A stretch of DNA of 60,810 bases from an uncultured Chitinophagaceae bacterium (GCA_964352775.1 CAYGTK010000002.1:1-60810), one strand, 5' to 3'; counted from the stretch's first letter, positions 19,342-29,952 are shown. Translations and numbers: made by a program. Notes: a model not told the origin generated them from the sequence alone.

Positions 19342-19529
19342 ATCTTAATTAATTCTTTATCGGACGGCAAAGATACATGTACCTTCTCTTTTTACCAAAT
19401 ATTTTTCGAAAACCTAAATTAGACTATAAACGTTACAATGCTGAATAACTAATGCTCTTATTGCTGGTCTGCTATATATAGATCTACGATATTTGCTTTC
19501 CATTTAGCAACGCGAAACAAGAGACCATA

Positions 19530-22244
19530 ATGGCTCAACAATTTTCCTACATCTCCAACGCTAACCCCGCTTACATCGAATCGCTTTATTTTGATTATCA
19601 GAAAGACCCTGATAGTGTAGATAAAGAATTCCAAAAATTCTTCGCTGGCTTTGATATGGCCCTCGAACGATTTGGTGAGAACGGCACTAGCGAAACCCTT
19701 AGCACCAAAGACTTACAAGTCTGGAGTTTGGTGCAGGCCTACCGATCGAAGGCCAATTTATTGTCGAACACCAACCCCATTCGCCAGCGGAAAGACAGGC
19801 TTGCCCGATTGGAGTTAAGCGACTTTGGATTGACCGATGAAGACCTAAAAAGCAACTTTGCCGCAGGTAAAGAGCTGGGCTTAGATAACCCTACATTGGA
19901 GAATATCATTGCTCACCTAAAGACCATTTATTGTGGTTCGATAGGGATAGAGTATATGCACACTTTTGATGAGGAGGCCCGCCAATGGATACAAGAAAAA
20001 TTTGAGCGCGAGTCAATAAACCTGACTTTACCCGAACAAAAGAAGCACAGAATACTCAATAAGCTGAACGAATCAGTAATATTTGAGACCTTTTTGCACA
20101 AGAAGTATGTGGGGCAAAAGCGTTTTAGTTTGGAAGGTGGCGAAAGCACCATTCCAGCCATTGATGCCATGATAAACCTTGGTGGAGACCTTGGCGTGAA
20201 CGAGGTGGTAATAGGTATGGCCCACCGTGGTAGGCTAAATGTATTGGCTAACATTATGGGTAAAACCTACGAGCACATCTTCAATGATTTTGAAGGAACT
20301 GCCGTACCTGACATGACAATGGGCGATGGTGATGTGAAATATCACTTGGGTTATTCTTCTCAATTAGATACTCCTAACGGAAAGAATGTATATGCTAAGC
20401 TAGCACCCAACCCTAGCCACTTAGAGGTGGTTAACTCGGTGGTAGAAGGTTATACAAGAGGTAAGGCCGATGTGCTTTACAATTCGGATTACGACAAAAT
20501 ATTACCGATACTGATACACGGAGATGCAGCCTTGCCTGGTCAGGGAGTGAGCTACGAGGTGATACAGATGTCGCAATTAAAAGGATATGAAACAGGTGGT
20601 ACTATCCACTTCATCATCAACAACCAGATAGGATTTACTACTGATTTTGACGATGCCCGTTCTTCTACATACTGTACTGGTGGTGCTAATTCTATTCAAG
20701 CCCCCGTGCTTCACGTAAATGGTGATGATGCTGATGCTGTGGTTTATGCCGCTGAATTTGCAGTAGAGTACCGTCAGAAATTCAACAAAGACATTTTTAT
20801 AGATATGGTGTGCTACAGAAAGCACGGCCATAACGAGGGCGATGAGCCTAAATTTACCCAGCCAAGTTTCTACAAGCTGATAGAAAAGCATGCTAATCCA
20901 CGTGATGTGTATGTGAAGAAGCTGATAAGCGATGGTATTATTGATGCCGATACCGCCGAGCGTATCGATCAAGAGTTCAAAGAGTTGTTGGAAGATCGCC
21001 TGAACTTGGTGAAACAGCACAACCTACCTTACACTTACCAAGAACCTGAATTGCAATGGAAATCGTTGCGACGTTCTACTCCAAAAGATTTTGAGAAGTC
21101 GCCGGAAACAAAGGTATCCAAGCAAAAGCTAGATAAAGTACTTAAGGGTATAATGACCGTTCCCGAAGGGTTTCAACCTATCGGTAAAGTAAGTCGCTTA
21201 TTAAAGAGCTCACAAAAGCTGATAGATAATGGCCAGCTAGATTGGGCTTTGGCAGAATTATGTGCTTACGGTACGCTTTTATTAGAGAAACATGATGTTC
21301 GCCTTTCAGGCCAAGATAGTGCGCGAGGTACGTTCTCGCACCGCCATGCTATGTTGCATGAAGAGGAGAACAAGAAAGAACACAACCGACTGAGCCTACT
21401 TAGTGAAGATCAGGCAGATTTTGTGGTATACAACTCCTTGTTATCCGAATTTGCCGTGCTTGGTTTTGAGTATGGATATTCTCAGGCTTCGCCAAATACC
21501 TTAGTATTGTGGGAAGCCCAGTTCGGTGATTTTGCCAATGGTGCACAAACGGTTATCGACCAATTTATAGTAGCTGCTGAATCGAAGTGGCAGCGTATGA
21601 GTGGTTTGGTTATGCTTTTACCGCACGGTTACGAAGGTCAAGGCCCAGAGCACTCTAGTGCAAGGTTGGAGCGTTTCCTACAGGCATGTGCTGAATTTAA
21701 CATTGCGGTAGTTAATTGTACTACTGCGGCTAATTTCTTTCACGTGCTTCGTCGCCAAGTGAATAGGCCATTCCGTAAGCCTTTGGTAGTAATGTCTCCT
21801 AAGAGTTTATTGCGCCACCCAAAAGTGGCATCAAATATTGAGGAGTTCACCAAAGGAGGATTCCAAGAAATAATAGACGACGCAGCTATTACCGACCCTA
21901 AAAAGGTGAAGAAAGTAGCTTTCTGTTCTGGTAAGATCTATTATGATCTATTAGACTTCCAAGAGAAAAACAACCGTAAGGATGTGGCTATAGTCCGCCT
22001 TGAGCAGCTGTACCCACTTACCTTCAAGCAGATAAAAAGTGTAATGGACCGCTATAAAAATGCGAAACCATTATGGGTACAAGAAGAGCCTGCAAACATG
22101 GGTGCATGGGTATACATGCTAAGCTGCATTAGAGAGATAGATTGGGAATTAATATCCCGTAAGTCAAGTGCATCGCCAGCAACAGGTTTTAACAAAGTAC
22201 ACCACGAGGAACAACAAGACATCATCAACAGAACATTTGCATAA
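19530..22244 (+). CDS. sucA: 2-oxoglutarate dehydrogenase E1 component
   Basis: 904 aa with E1o signatures (GMAHRGRLNVL, HGDAA..GQG, LLPHGYEGQGPEHSS); followed by the E2 gene. Confidence 0.95.
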   Translation: MAQQFSYISNANPAYIESLYFDYQKDPDSVDKEFQKFFAGFDMALERFGENGTSETLSTKDLQVWSLVQAYRSKANLLSNTNPIRQRKDRLARLELSDFGLTDEDLKSNFAAGKELGLDNPTLENIIAHLKTIYCGSIGIEYMHTFDEEARQWIQEKFERESINLTLPEQKKHRILNKLNESVIFETFLHKKYVGQKRFSLEGGESTIPAIDAMINLGGDLGVNEVVIGMAHRGRLNVLANIMGKTYEHIFNDFEGTAVPDMTMGDGDVKYHLGYSSQLDTPNGKNVYAKLAPNPSHLEVVNSVVEGYTRGKADVLYNSDYDKILPILIHGDAALPGQGVSYEVIQMSQLKGYETGGTIHFIINNQIGFTTDFDDARSSTYCTGGANSIQAPVLHVNGDDADAVVYAAEFAVEYRQKFNKDIFIDMVCYRKHGHNEGDEPKFTQPSFYKLIEKHANPRDVYVKKLISDGIIDADTAERIDQEFKELLEDRLNLVKQHNLPYTYQEPELQWKSLRRSTPKDFEKSPETKVSKQKLDKVLKGIMTVPEGFQPIGKVSRLLKSSQKLIDNGQLDWALAELCAYGTLLLEKHDVRLSGQDSARGTFSHRHAMLHEEENKKEHNRLSLLSEDQADFVVYNSLLSEFAVLGFEYGYSQASPNTLVLWEAQFGDFANGAQTVIDQFIVAAESKWQRMSGLVMLLPHGYEGQGPEHSSARLERFLQACAEFNIAVVNCTTAANFFHVLRRQVNRPFRKPLVVMSPKSLLRHPKVASNIEEFTKGGFQEIIDDAAITDPKKVKKVAFCSGKIYYDLLDFQEKNNRKDVAIVRLEQLYPLTFKQIKSVMDRYKNAKPLWVQEEPANMGAWVYMLSCIREIDWELISRKSSASPATGFNKVHHEEQQDIINRTFA

Positions 22245-22256
22245 AGCAAGCATATA

Positions 22257-23528
22257 ATGGCAGTAGAAGTAAAAATACCCGTAATAGGCGAATCAATATC
22301 TGAAGTAACACTATCCGAATGGCTAGTGGAAGACGGTGCCTATGTAACCAAAGATGACTTTATAGCAGAACTTGAATCTGATAAGGCCACTTTGGAATTG
22401 CCTGTAGAAGAATCAGGAATAATAACCTTTACGGTAGAAGAAGGTGCTGATGTAGAAATAGGTGGCGTAGTAGCTACTATTGACACAAGTGCTAAAGCAC
22501 CTGCTGCTGCACCTAAAAAAGAGGCTGCCCCAGTTGCTAAAGAGGAGCCGAAACCTGAACCTAAAAAGGAAGAAGCTGCTAAACCAGCGGAAACAAAAGC
22601 ACCTGCTAAAGAAGAAACCTATGCATCGGGCCACCCATCGCCAGCTGCTGCTAAGTTGATGGCAGAGAATGGTTTGACCAGTAAGGTAATATCAGGATCG
22701 GGCAAAGATGGTCGTATCACTCAAAATGATGTGGTACAAGCCTTGAAGAATGGTGCTGCAGACTTATCTAATGTTCAAGAGATAGTAAGTGGAAATTACA
22801 GCCGCGAGGTACGTCGCGAGAAGATGTCTCGTCTGCGTAAAACCATCGCCTCGCACTTATTGAACGCCAAGAACGGTACTGCCATGCTAACCACTTTTAA
22901 CGAGGTGGACATGACAGCGATACTAGACATACGTAAGCAATACAAAGAAAAATTCCGTGAAGAAAAAGGAGTGAACCTTGGCTTTATGAGCTTCTTCACC
23001 CGTGCTTGTACGTTGGCCTTGCAAGAGGTACAAGGTGTTAATGCCCAACTAGATGGCGACCACGTGATATACCACGATTTCTGCGACATCGGCGTAGCAG
23101 TATCTACTCCTAAAGGATTAGTAGTACCCGTTATTCGCAACGCAGAATCGATGAGCTTCTCCGAAATTGAAGGAAAAATTAAAGAGCTAGCCATAAAAGG
23201 CCGCGATAGCAAACTAACTATGGCAGACATGGAAGGCGGTACGTTCACCATTAGTAATGGTGGTGTGTTCGGTTCGTTAATGTCTACGCCAATATTGAAT
23301 GCTCCGCAATCAGCCATACTAGGTATGCACAAAATACAGGAGCGCCCAATGGCTATAGACGGCAAAGTGGAAATTCGCCCAATGATGTACCTAGCCATGA
23401 GCTACGATCACCGCATCATTGACGGAAAAGAAGCGGTTACCTTTTTAGTAAGAGTAAAAGAGCGCTTAGAAGATCCTGCTCAAATGCTACTTGGAAAAGA
23501 CCCTGTTCAGGCTTTAATAGGTTTATAG
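22257..23528 (+). CDS. sucB: dihydrolipoyllysine-residue succinyltransferase (E2o)
   Basis: Lipoyl domain [12 protein letters not shown], an Ala/Pro/Lys linker, an E3-binding domain, and the catalytic DHRIIDG motif. Confidence 0.95.
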   Translation: MAVEVKIPVIGESISEVTLSEWLVEDGAYVTKDDFIAELESDKATLELPVEESGIITFTVEEGADVEIGGVVATIDTSAKAPAAAPKKEAAPVAKEEPKPEPKKEEAAKPAETKAPAKEETYASGHPSPAAAKLMAENGLTSKVISGSGKDGRITQNDVVQALKNGAADLSNVQEIVSGNYSREVRREKMSRLRKTIASHLLNAKNGTAMLTTFNEVDMTAILDIRKQYKEKFREEKGVNLGFMSFFTRACTLALQEVQGVNAQLDGDHVIYHDFCDIGVAVSTPKGLVVPVIRNAESMSFSEIEGKIKELAIKGRDSKLTMADMEGGTFTISNGGVFGSLMSTPILNAPQSAILGMHKIQERPMAIDGKVEIRPMMYLAMSYDHRIIDGKEAVTFLVRVKERLEDPAQMLLGKDPVQALIGL

Positions 23529-23564
23529 TATATAGTCGGGAGTCAGTAGAAAAAAAAATAGCCT

Positions 23565-23933
23565 GTGTTCAAGTTCGAGAAACTGGTGGTTTGGCAACGT
23601 TCGTTGAAATATACACTAGCTGTACATCAACTTACTACTGGCTTTCCAAGCTCAGAACAATACGTACTTGGTCAACAGATGAAAAGAGCGGCAGATTCAA
23701 TTTGCTTAAATATTGCAGAAGGCTCAACTGGGCAAACTAATAAAGAGTTTGCTAGGTTTATAAGTATAGCTAGTCGTTCGGCATACGAAGTTGTAGCTTG
23801 TTTGCATATTGGTAAGCTGAGAGGGCTAGTAAGTGATAAAGATTTTGAAACTTTGCACAACGAGGCAGAGGAAATAATAAAAATGTTACATGGCCTTAGA
23901 AAGTCAGTACTCCAAAAAGTATCTACCGACTAA
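23565..23933 (+). CDS. four-helix-bundle protein (23S rRNA intervening-sequence protein family)
   Basis: 122 aa; the pattern F..L.VWQ....L...V...T..FP..E...L..Q..RAA.S...NIAEG is typical of the family. GTG start. Confidence 0.75.
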   Translation: MFKFEKLVVWQRSLKYTLAVHQLTTGFPSSEQYVLGQQMKRAADSICLNIAEGSTGQTNKEFARFISIASRSAYEVVACLHIGKLRGLVSDKDFETLHNEAEEIIKMLHGLRKSVLQKVSTD

Positions 23934-23953
23934 GGACTATAAACTATTGACTA

Positions 23954-25357
23954 ATGATGAAATATGATGTGACGGTTATCGGCTCTGGTCCTGGTGGATA
24001 CATAGCTGCAATTAGATGCGCACAATTGGGAATGAAAGTAGCCATCATTGAGCGTTACAATACCCTTGGTGGCACTTGTTTGAATGTGGGATGTATTCCA
24101 TCGAAAGCACTTTTAGATAGCTCTGAGCATTATCACAATGCCTTGGAGAAATTCCAAGAGCATGGTATTGATTTGAAGGACTTGAAAGTGAATTTCCCGC
24201 AGATGATCAAACGCCGTGGTGATGTAGTAAAGCAAACTACTGAAGGCATTGATTATTTGATGAAGAAGAACAAGATCGACGTATTTACGGGTCATGGTTC
24301 TTTCGTGAACAAGAATAAGATAGCCGTTAAAGGTGACGACGGAAAAGTAACGGAGATAGATACCGATAAGGCGATAATTGCTACAGGATCAAAGCCTTCA
24401 ACGCTACCAGGTATTGAGATAGACAAGAAACGTATCATCACTTCAACAGAAGCTTTGGTACTTCCTAAGCAACCTAAGTCGATGGTTATCATCGGTGGTG
24501 GAGTTATTGGCTTGGAGTTGGGTTCAGTGTATGCCCGTATTGGTACGGAAGTAACTGTGGTAGAGTATGCTGACGCAATTATACCTACTATGGACCGTGC
24601 TATGGGAAAAGAGTTGATGCGCTCTATGAAAAAGCTTGGGGTGAAATTCAACCTAAGTCATAAAGTAACAGAGGTAAAAGCTACTAGTCGTTCAGTAACG
24701 GTTAAGGCAGAAGATAAAAAAGGGGTATTACAAGAATTCAAAGCAGAATACTGCTTGATGTCAGTTGGTAGAAAACCATATACAGATAACTTAGGCCTAG
24801 AGAATACTGGTGTTAAGTTAGACGACCGCGGAAGAGTGGAAGTAGACGAACATTTACAGACATCAGAAGCAGGTATTTATGCCATTGGCGACGTAATTAA
24901 AGGTGCCATGTTGGCACACAAAGCCGAAGAAGAAGGAGTATTTGTAGCCGAAGTTATGGCAGGACAAAAACCACACATCAATTACTTACTGATACCTGGT
25001 GTGGTGTACACTTGGCCAGAGGTTGCTGCTGTTGGTTATACTGAAGAGCAATTGAAGGAAAAAGGCGTTGCCTACAAGTCAGGATCATTCCCATTCAAAG
25101 CGAGTGCACGTGCCCGTGCAAGTATGGATACCGAAGGATTAGTAAAAGTATTGGCCGATAAAGAGACCGATGAAATATTAGGTGTTCACATGGTAGGCCC
25201 TCGTACAGCAGATATGATAGCAGAGGCTGTTGTAGCTATGGAGTTCCGAGCTTCTGCGGAAGATATAGGTCGTATGAGCCACGCTCACCCAACCTTTACC
25301 GAGTGTTTTAAAGAAGCAGCCCTAGCAGCAAGTGCAGATAGAGCCTTGAACATCTAA
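23954..25357 (+). CDS. lpdA: dihydrolipoyl dehydrogenase (E3)
   Basis: GSGPGGY FAD fold, redox-active GGTCLNVGCIPSK, C-terminal HAHPT.(S/T)E interface motif. Confidence 0.95.
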   Translation: MMKYDVTVIGSGPGGYIAAIRCAQLGMKVAIIERYNTLGGTCLNVGCIPSKALLDSSEHYHNALEKFQEHGIDLKDLKVNFPQMIKRRGDVVKQTTEGIDYLMKKNKIDVFTGHGSFVNKNKIAVKGDDGKVTEIDTDKAIIATGSKPSTLPGIEIDKKRIITSTEALVLPKQPKSMVIIGGGVIGLELGSVYARIGTEVTVVEYADAIIPTMDRAMGKELMRSMKKLGVKFNLSHKVTEVKATSRSVTVKAEDKKGVLQEFKAEYCLMSVGRKPYTDNLGLENTGVKLDDRGRVEVDEHLQTSEAGIYAIGDVIKGAMLAHKAEEEGVFVAEVMAGQKPHINYLLIPGVVYTWPEVAAVGYTEEQLKEKGVAYKSGSFPFKASARARASMDTEGLVKVLADKETDEILGVHMVGPRTADMIAEAVVAMEFRASAEDIGRMSHAHPTFTECFKEAALAASADRALNI

Positions 25358-25365
25358 TTGGAATT

Positions 25366-25887
25366 ATGATCTTAGCCAAATTCGCGAAAACTTTTCTTTT
25401 ACTCTTGACCCTTGCTTTGCTCTCTAGCTGCGGATCAAAAACGGAAGGTGAGTTCTCCAAGGACGAATTGGCATGGTTAGTTTACCCAAAAAGTAAAGGT
25501 TTAGAGTTCAAAAATACGGAAGGTACTCTTCATCAATTTGAAGTAACCGACCGAACCGACTTGGAACAAATAAAAACCTATTTCCCTATTGAAGCAGAGG
25601 TTATTATTAATAACCAAGAGTTAGATAGTCGTTTCCAGATCTATCTTTTGAAGGATGTAAATTCCTTTAAACGCTATTTCAAGTTAGGTGAAGTGTATCG
25701 CTCCTTAGATATGTTAACGCCTATTCCTTCCATGTCTATCGCTGGGAAGAATTATTCAGAAGTATACCGAATAAAGGAAGATACCACAGGTGGTAAAATG
25801 GGTATCTGGATGGTAGACTTCAACCAGACTAAAGGCATCCTCCGTTATTTTGATAGAGAGACTGGAGCCTACGTTCTAGCCAAGTGA
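25366..25887 (+). CDS. hypothetical lipoprotein
   Basis: Lipobox LLSSCGSK after a hydrophobic signal; no recognisable domain. It overlaps the next gene by 4 nt. Confidence 0.5.
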   Translation: MILAKFAKTFLLLLTLALLSSCGSKTEGEFSKDELAWLVYPKSKGLEFKNTEGTLHQFEVTDRTDLEQIKTYFPIEAEVIINNQELDSRFQIYLLKDVNSFKRYFKLGEVYRSLDMLTPIPSMSIAGKNYSEVYRIKEDTTGGKMGIWMVDFNQTKGILRYFDRETGAYVLAK

Positions 25888-26750
25888 AAACCGTTCTACT
25901 TACGGGTGCTTCAGGTTTTTTAGGCAAGCACATTATTGCCCATAAACCAAGCGACTGGAAGATAACTGGACTTTATAATAGCACTCCTCCGCCAACTTCT
26001 ACTAATGCTACTTTTCTTCAAGTAGATCTCACTAATAGCAAAGCAGTTTCAACTTTATTTGAGGAACATCAATTTGATGGGGTGATCCATCTAGCGGCTA
26101 TCAGCAACGCCAATACGTGCGAGCAGTATCCCATAGAAAGCTACGCTATAAATGTATTAGCTACCGAGCAACTAGCGCAACATTCTGCCAATAAAAACAT
26201 CCCTTTTGTATTTACCTCCACTGACCTTGTATTTGATGGAGAACAAGGAAACTATTCAGAAGAAGATATACCTAAGCCACTAAGCACTTACGGAAAACAA
26301 AAGCTGGAAGCTGAGCAAAAAGTAAGGGTCATTTACCCAGAGGCCGCAATATGCAGAATGCCATTGATGTTCGGAACAGGAGGGAGCTTTTTACCCAGCT
26401 TTCTAGATAAAATGAGATCAGGTGAAAGCCTAAACCTATTCACCGACGAATACCGTAGCATATTAGGAGGAAAGGCAGCAGCACTAGGTTTAATACATGC
26501 ACTATCGAACTTTCAAGGGCTTTACCATATAGGTGGCCCTGAAAGGGTAGACCGCTATACTTTTGGGAAATGGATGCAAGAAGCCTTCAATATTCCGAAT
26601 GCTAAATTGGTACCCACGCTCCAAAAAGAGCTTAACCTAACACCTCCCCGTCCAGCAGATGTAACGATGAATAGTTCAAAAGCAAATAAAGCAAGGTTTA
26701 AACCAGTAAATCCTAAAACAGAATTAATTAGACTAGCAAGTACGCTTTGA
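25884..26750 (+). CDS. NAD(P)-dependent sugar-nucleotide epimerase/reductase (extended SDR, RmlD-like)
   Basis: GASGFLG Rossmann motif and the YGKQK (YxxxK) catalytic motif, 288 aa. Confidence 0.75.
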   Translation: MKTVLLTGASGFLGKHIIAHKPSDWKITGLYNSTPPPTSTNATFLQVDLTNSKAVSTLFEEHQFDGVIHLAAISNANTCEQYPIESYAINVLATEQLAQHSANKNIPFVFTSTDLVFDGEQGNYSEEDIPKPLSTYGKQKLEAEQKVRVIYPEAAICRMPLMFGTGGSFLPSFLDKMRSGESLNLFTDEYRSILGGKAAALGLIHALSNFQGLYHIGGPERVDRYTFGKWMQEAFNIPNAKLVPTLQKELNLTPPRPADVTMNSSKANKARFKPVNPKTELIRLASTL

Positions 26751-26765
26751 TGCGGATGTATAAAA

Positions 26766-26885
26766 AAGAAGCGTGGGCTGCAAAAAAGCGGTGGCGTGCG
26801 CTAGCTTTGAGCGCAGAACATTCTTTTTAGCTTGATTTTTTGGCTTCGTTTTTCATCAAGGAAAAAGGAAGAAGAAAACGAAACA
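26766..26885. repeat. REP/MITE-like intergenic element, copy 1
   Basis: Shares a 48-nt identical core (26824-26871, TTTTTAGCTTGATTTTTTGGCTTCGTTTTTCATCAAGGAAAAAGGAAG) and flanking similarity (AAGCGTGG, AAAAAGCG) with 29838-29952. Lies between convergent genes. Confidence 0.85.
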
Positions 26886-26950
26886 AGATCTAAAATGCGC
26901 AAGTGCTCAAAAGAAATATTCTAAGCAACATAAAAAGATCTGGTCAAGAT

Positions 26951-28132
26951 CTATTTCCCATTCACCTTCACCTTCGATGCCATTTCCAAAGCCTTAGCTC
27001 TAAGCTCATCTATGTTCCCACTTACTGGGCCATAAGTTAAGGCCACAGCCATACGGCGGTACGGGCGAGTACTTGGCTTTCCAAAAATTCGGATGTCCGT
27101 CCTAATATCTTGCATGGCAGCAGAAATACCGAAAAACTTGGGTGGGTCTTGGCTTTCATCATTAGCTAAAATTACCGCACTTACTCCTGCTCTATCCAAC
27201 TTCACCCGTGGTATTGGCAAACCTAAAATGGCACGTGCATGCAATTCAAACTCGTTCAAATTCTGCGTGCCAGCCAAAGTAACCATCCCCGTATCATGCG
27301 GACGAGGTGACAATTCACTGAAATAAACACCCTTTTCACCTATAAAAAACTCGACACCCCAAATACCTGCACCTGTAAGGGCTTCGGTCACTTTTGCGGC
27401 CATTTCTTCTGCTTCCTCAATAGCTACCTCACTTACAGCAACGGGTTGCCAGCTTTCTTGATAATCACCACGCTCTTGTCTATGCCCTATTGCTGGACAG
27501 AAAAGCGTTGGTCCCTCTTTTTGTGTAACCGTTAACAGCGTTATCTCCGTATGGAAATCAACAAACTCCTCAATAATTACTTCTTGCAGATCGCCACGGC
27601 TTCCGCTAATGGCGTAATTCCAAGCAGTTTCAATATCATCCTCCGTTTTCACCACGCTTTGTCCCTTACCAGATGATGACATCAATGGTTTTACCACGCA
27701 AGGCATCCCTATATCGCCTATCGCTTTTGTAAAGTCAGTAAGGTTATCGGCATATTGATAATTCGCGGTACGCAAGCCCAATTCTTTAGCAGCCAAGTCG
27801 CGAATCAACTTGCGGTTCATTGTATAATTAGCCGCTTTGGCACTTGGCACTACCGTTATGCCTTGTTCCTCATAAGCATAAAATCTATCGGTACGTATCG
27901 CTTCTATTTCGGGTACAACTAATTTAGGCTGGTGTTTAGCTATTACTGCGTCTAATTGCTTAGCATCCAGCATATCTAGCACTTCAAATTCTTGTGCTAC
28001 TTGCATGGCTGGGGCACCAGCATAGCTATCACAAGCCACTACATATTGACCCAATCGTTGCAAGGCTATTACTAGCTCTTTGCCTAATTCCCCACTTCCT
28101 AATAATACTATCTTGTTACTCATGTTGTTCAA
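26951..28132 (-). CDS. purT: formate-dependent phosphoribosylglycinamide formyltransferase
   Basis: ATP-grasp enzyme; N-terminal [13 protein letters not shown] and C-terminal ...RRMAVAL, typical of PurT; 393 aa. Confidence 0.9.
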   Translation of the reverse strand: MNNMSNKIVLLGSGELGKELVIALQRLGQYVVACDSYAGAPAMQVAQEFEVLDMLDAKQLDAVIAKHQPKLVVPEIEAIRTDRFYAYEEQGITVVPSAKAANYTMNRKLIRDLAAKELGLRTANYQYADNLTDFTKAIGDIGMPCVVKPLMSSSGKGQSVVKTEDDIETAWNYAISGSRGDLQEVIIEEFVDFHTEITLLTVTQKEGPTLFCPAIGHRQERGDYQESWQPVAVSEVAIEEAEEMAAKVTEALTGAGIWGVEFFIGEKGVYFSELSPRPHDTGMVTLAGTQNLNEFELHARAILGLPIPRVKLDRAGVSAVILANDESQDPPKFFGISAAMQDIRTDIRIFGKPSTRPYRRMAVALTYGPVSGNIDELRAKALEMASKVKVNGK

Positions 28133-28177
28133 TTATACCGATCGAAATTATCTCTTTCGTGTGCAAAGTTAATAGGT

Positions 28178-28215
28178 AAAAACAAAAAAGCCCGCACCAA
28201 AAGTGGAGCGGGCTT
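28178..28215 (-). terminator. rho-independent terminator after the phasin-like gene
   Basis: On the minus strand, AAGCCCGCUCCAC-uuuu-GGUGCGGGCUU followed by UUUUUGUUUUU. Confidence 0.75.
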
Positions 28216-28236
28216 AAAGCTTTCAGTAAAACCTAA

Positions 28237-28581
28237 TTAGGCTTTAGCTGTAGTTTTTTTAGTTGTGGTTTTAGCTTTTGCTAATTGACCTTCCAACTCT
28301 TCTACGCGAGCTTTCAACTCGTCTAATTCGCTACCTTTTTTACCGAAAGGTACTTTGTCTACTACTTCTTTGAAACGAGCTTCAAAGTCTTCACGAGTAG
28401 TTCCAGCTTTTTCGATCAAGTCGTCAACGCGAGATACTAATTCGTCAGCAGCTTCTTTTACGTCTGAGTCAGACTTCTGACCTTTTTTAGCTAAGTCTTC
28501 CAAAGCTTTTTCGAATTTGTCACCGGTTTGAGAGGCTAAACCTACGCCTGCATAAAGCAATTTTTTGAACAGATCTTCCAT
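28237..28581 (-). CDS. small coiled-coil, phasin-like protein
   Basis: 114 aa, highly charged helical sequence with a Lys/Thr-rich tail. The phasin-like pattern (LYAGVGLA...F..L...G) is only a weak resemblance. Confidence 0.4.
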   Translation of the reverse strand: MEDLFKKLLYAGVGLASQTGDKFEKALEDLAKKGQKSDSDVKEAADELVSRVDDLIEKAGTTREDFEARFKEVVDKVPFGKKGSELDELKARVEELEGQLAKAKTTTKKTTAKA

Positions 28582-28893
28582 GATAAGAGCGTTTAAAAAT
28601 GAGTTAATTAATTATGACAGCACATTGTCAATAACTGTGCAACAAATTCATGCCAAGCGTGCCAAAAATTCAACTCGAGATTTTAAAAATCAATTTAGCT
28701 ACTGATTATCAGTTAGTTGTGGTAATATTTCAAGTATTAAGAAACTAGAAGAAAAATATTTAGCCGAAATAGTTAATGTTAAAATGGCAGTCGACCCCAA
28801 AAAAAGCATGCAATTATGGCATAAAACCTGCCAAATTGCCGAAAAAGGACTGCCTGATCTTTCTTAATTTGGCATCGCTTTAAAGAAGCTACT

Positions 28894-29835
28894 ATGATAC
28901 AGAGCGCCACGAGGAGTTACGAGAGTTTAGACCACTATTTCGATTTCATTTGTGATTTCGTGGGCTTTCCTGCCCTGCACAAACACTTTCAACCAGCCGA
29001 GGTCTATTCTGATGGGCTTCGATTACATGTAGATGTTTTGGAAGTAGATAAAGATGCACCTACCATAGTATTTGTGCCTGGCACTGCCATTTATGCGCTT
29101 TGCTATGCCGAGTTTCTGTATAAACTAAGTCAAGAAGGATTCAATATAGTTGGCCTTGATCCACGAGGACATGGACGCAGCGAAGGAAACCGTGGCGATT
29201 ACACTATGAACGACCTTATAAAAGATACCGAGCGGGTAATTTATTATGCTAAAGAGCGATTTGGCGATAATGTATCACTTATGGGCAGTAGCCAAGGTGG
29301 TATAGTAAGTTTCTACATCGCATCTAAGCAAGATAACAATGTAAAGAGCGTCATCTGCCAAAATTTTGCTGACTTGACGTGGAGCGAATCAACTCAATTA
29401 ACCAGATACCCCCAACTGGCTAAATACCTAAAGCCTCTTGTTCTACAAATGGGCCGCCTGCTTTATGACACCCAGATACCAGTAAGCATCTATTTAGACT
29501 TGGAGCAGATAAATGTGAAGTATTTCGGCAACGCCAAGAAGTTTATGGATATGGACCCACTTTGCCTGCACAGTGTATCCTTACGGGCACTGAATTCTCT
29601 GCAAACTACCGAGATGCCGAGGCCTATAGAAGAAGTAGAAACACCCGTAATGGTGTTTCAAGGAAATGCCGACTCTATCTTCCCAATATCTTACACGCAA
29701 GACATTTACGATAGACTGAACTGCAAAAAACGTTTCGAGATATTTGAAGGACTCAACCACGCCATAATAACAGAAGACCCCGACGTAATACTTCCGCCCA
29801 TAGTAGATTGGTTAAAAGAAGTACATGGAGTTTAG
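28894..29835 (+). CDS. alpha/beta hydrolase (lysophospholipase / monoacylglycerol-lipase-like)
   Basis: HG oxyanion region (VFVPGTA), nucleophile elbow GSSQGG, C-terminal His (LNHAI). Confidence 0.75.
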   Translation: MIQSATRSYESLDHYFDFICDFVGFPALHKHFQPAEVYSDGLRLHVDVLEVDKDAPTIVFVPGTAIYALCYAEFLYKLSQEGFNIVGLDPRGHGRSEGNRGDYTMNDLIKDTERVIYYAKERFGDNVSLMGSSQGGIVSFYIASKQDNNVKSVICQNFADLTWSESTQLTRYPQLAKYLKPLVLQMGRLLYDTQIPVSIYLDLEQINVKYFGNAKKFMDMDPLCLHSVSLRALNSLQTTEMPRPIEEVETPVMVFQGNADSIFPISYTQDIYDRLNCKKRFEIFEGLNHAIITEDPDVILPPIVDWLKEVHGV

Positions 29836-29837
29836 TC

Positions 29838-29952
29838 AAGAAAGCGTGGCTCGCTAAAAAGCGCAGCCGAAGCCCTTGCCGTCTAGCGCATTTTTTTAGC
29901 TTGATTTTTTGGCTTCGTTTTTCATCAAGGAAAAAGGAAGGAAACACGAAGG
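29838..29952. repeat. REP/MITE-like intergenic element, copy 2
   Basis: The 48-nt core at 29893-29940 is identical to 26824-26871. Again placed between convergent genes. Confidence 0.85.

Noticed and set aside
22490-22625. An Ala/Pro/Lys/Glu low-complexity stretch inside sucB that looks repeat-like at the DNA level.
   Set aside because: This is the normal flexible linker between the lipoyl and E3-binding domains of E2 components, not an independent element.
29753-29947. A 64-aa minus-strand ORF (MFPSFFLDEKRSQKIKLKK...).
   Set aside because: It is a translation of the REP/MITE-like element copy 2 plus the antisense 3' end of the hydrolase gene. The same DNA recurs at 26824-26871 in a non-coding context.
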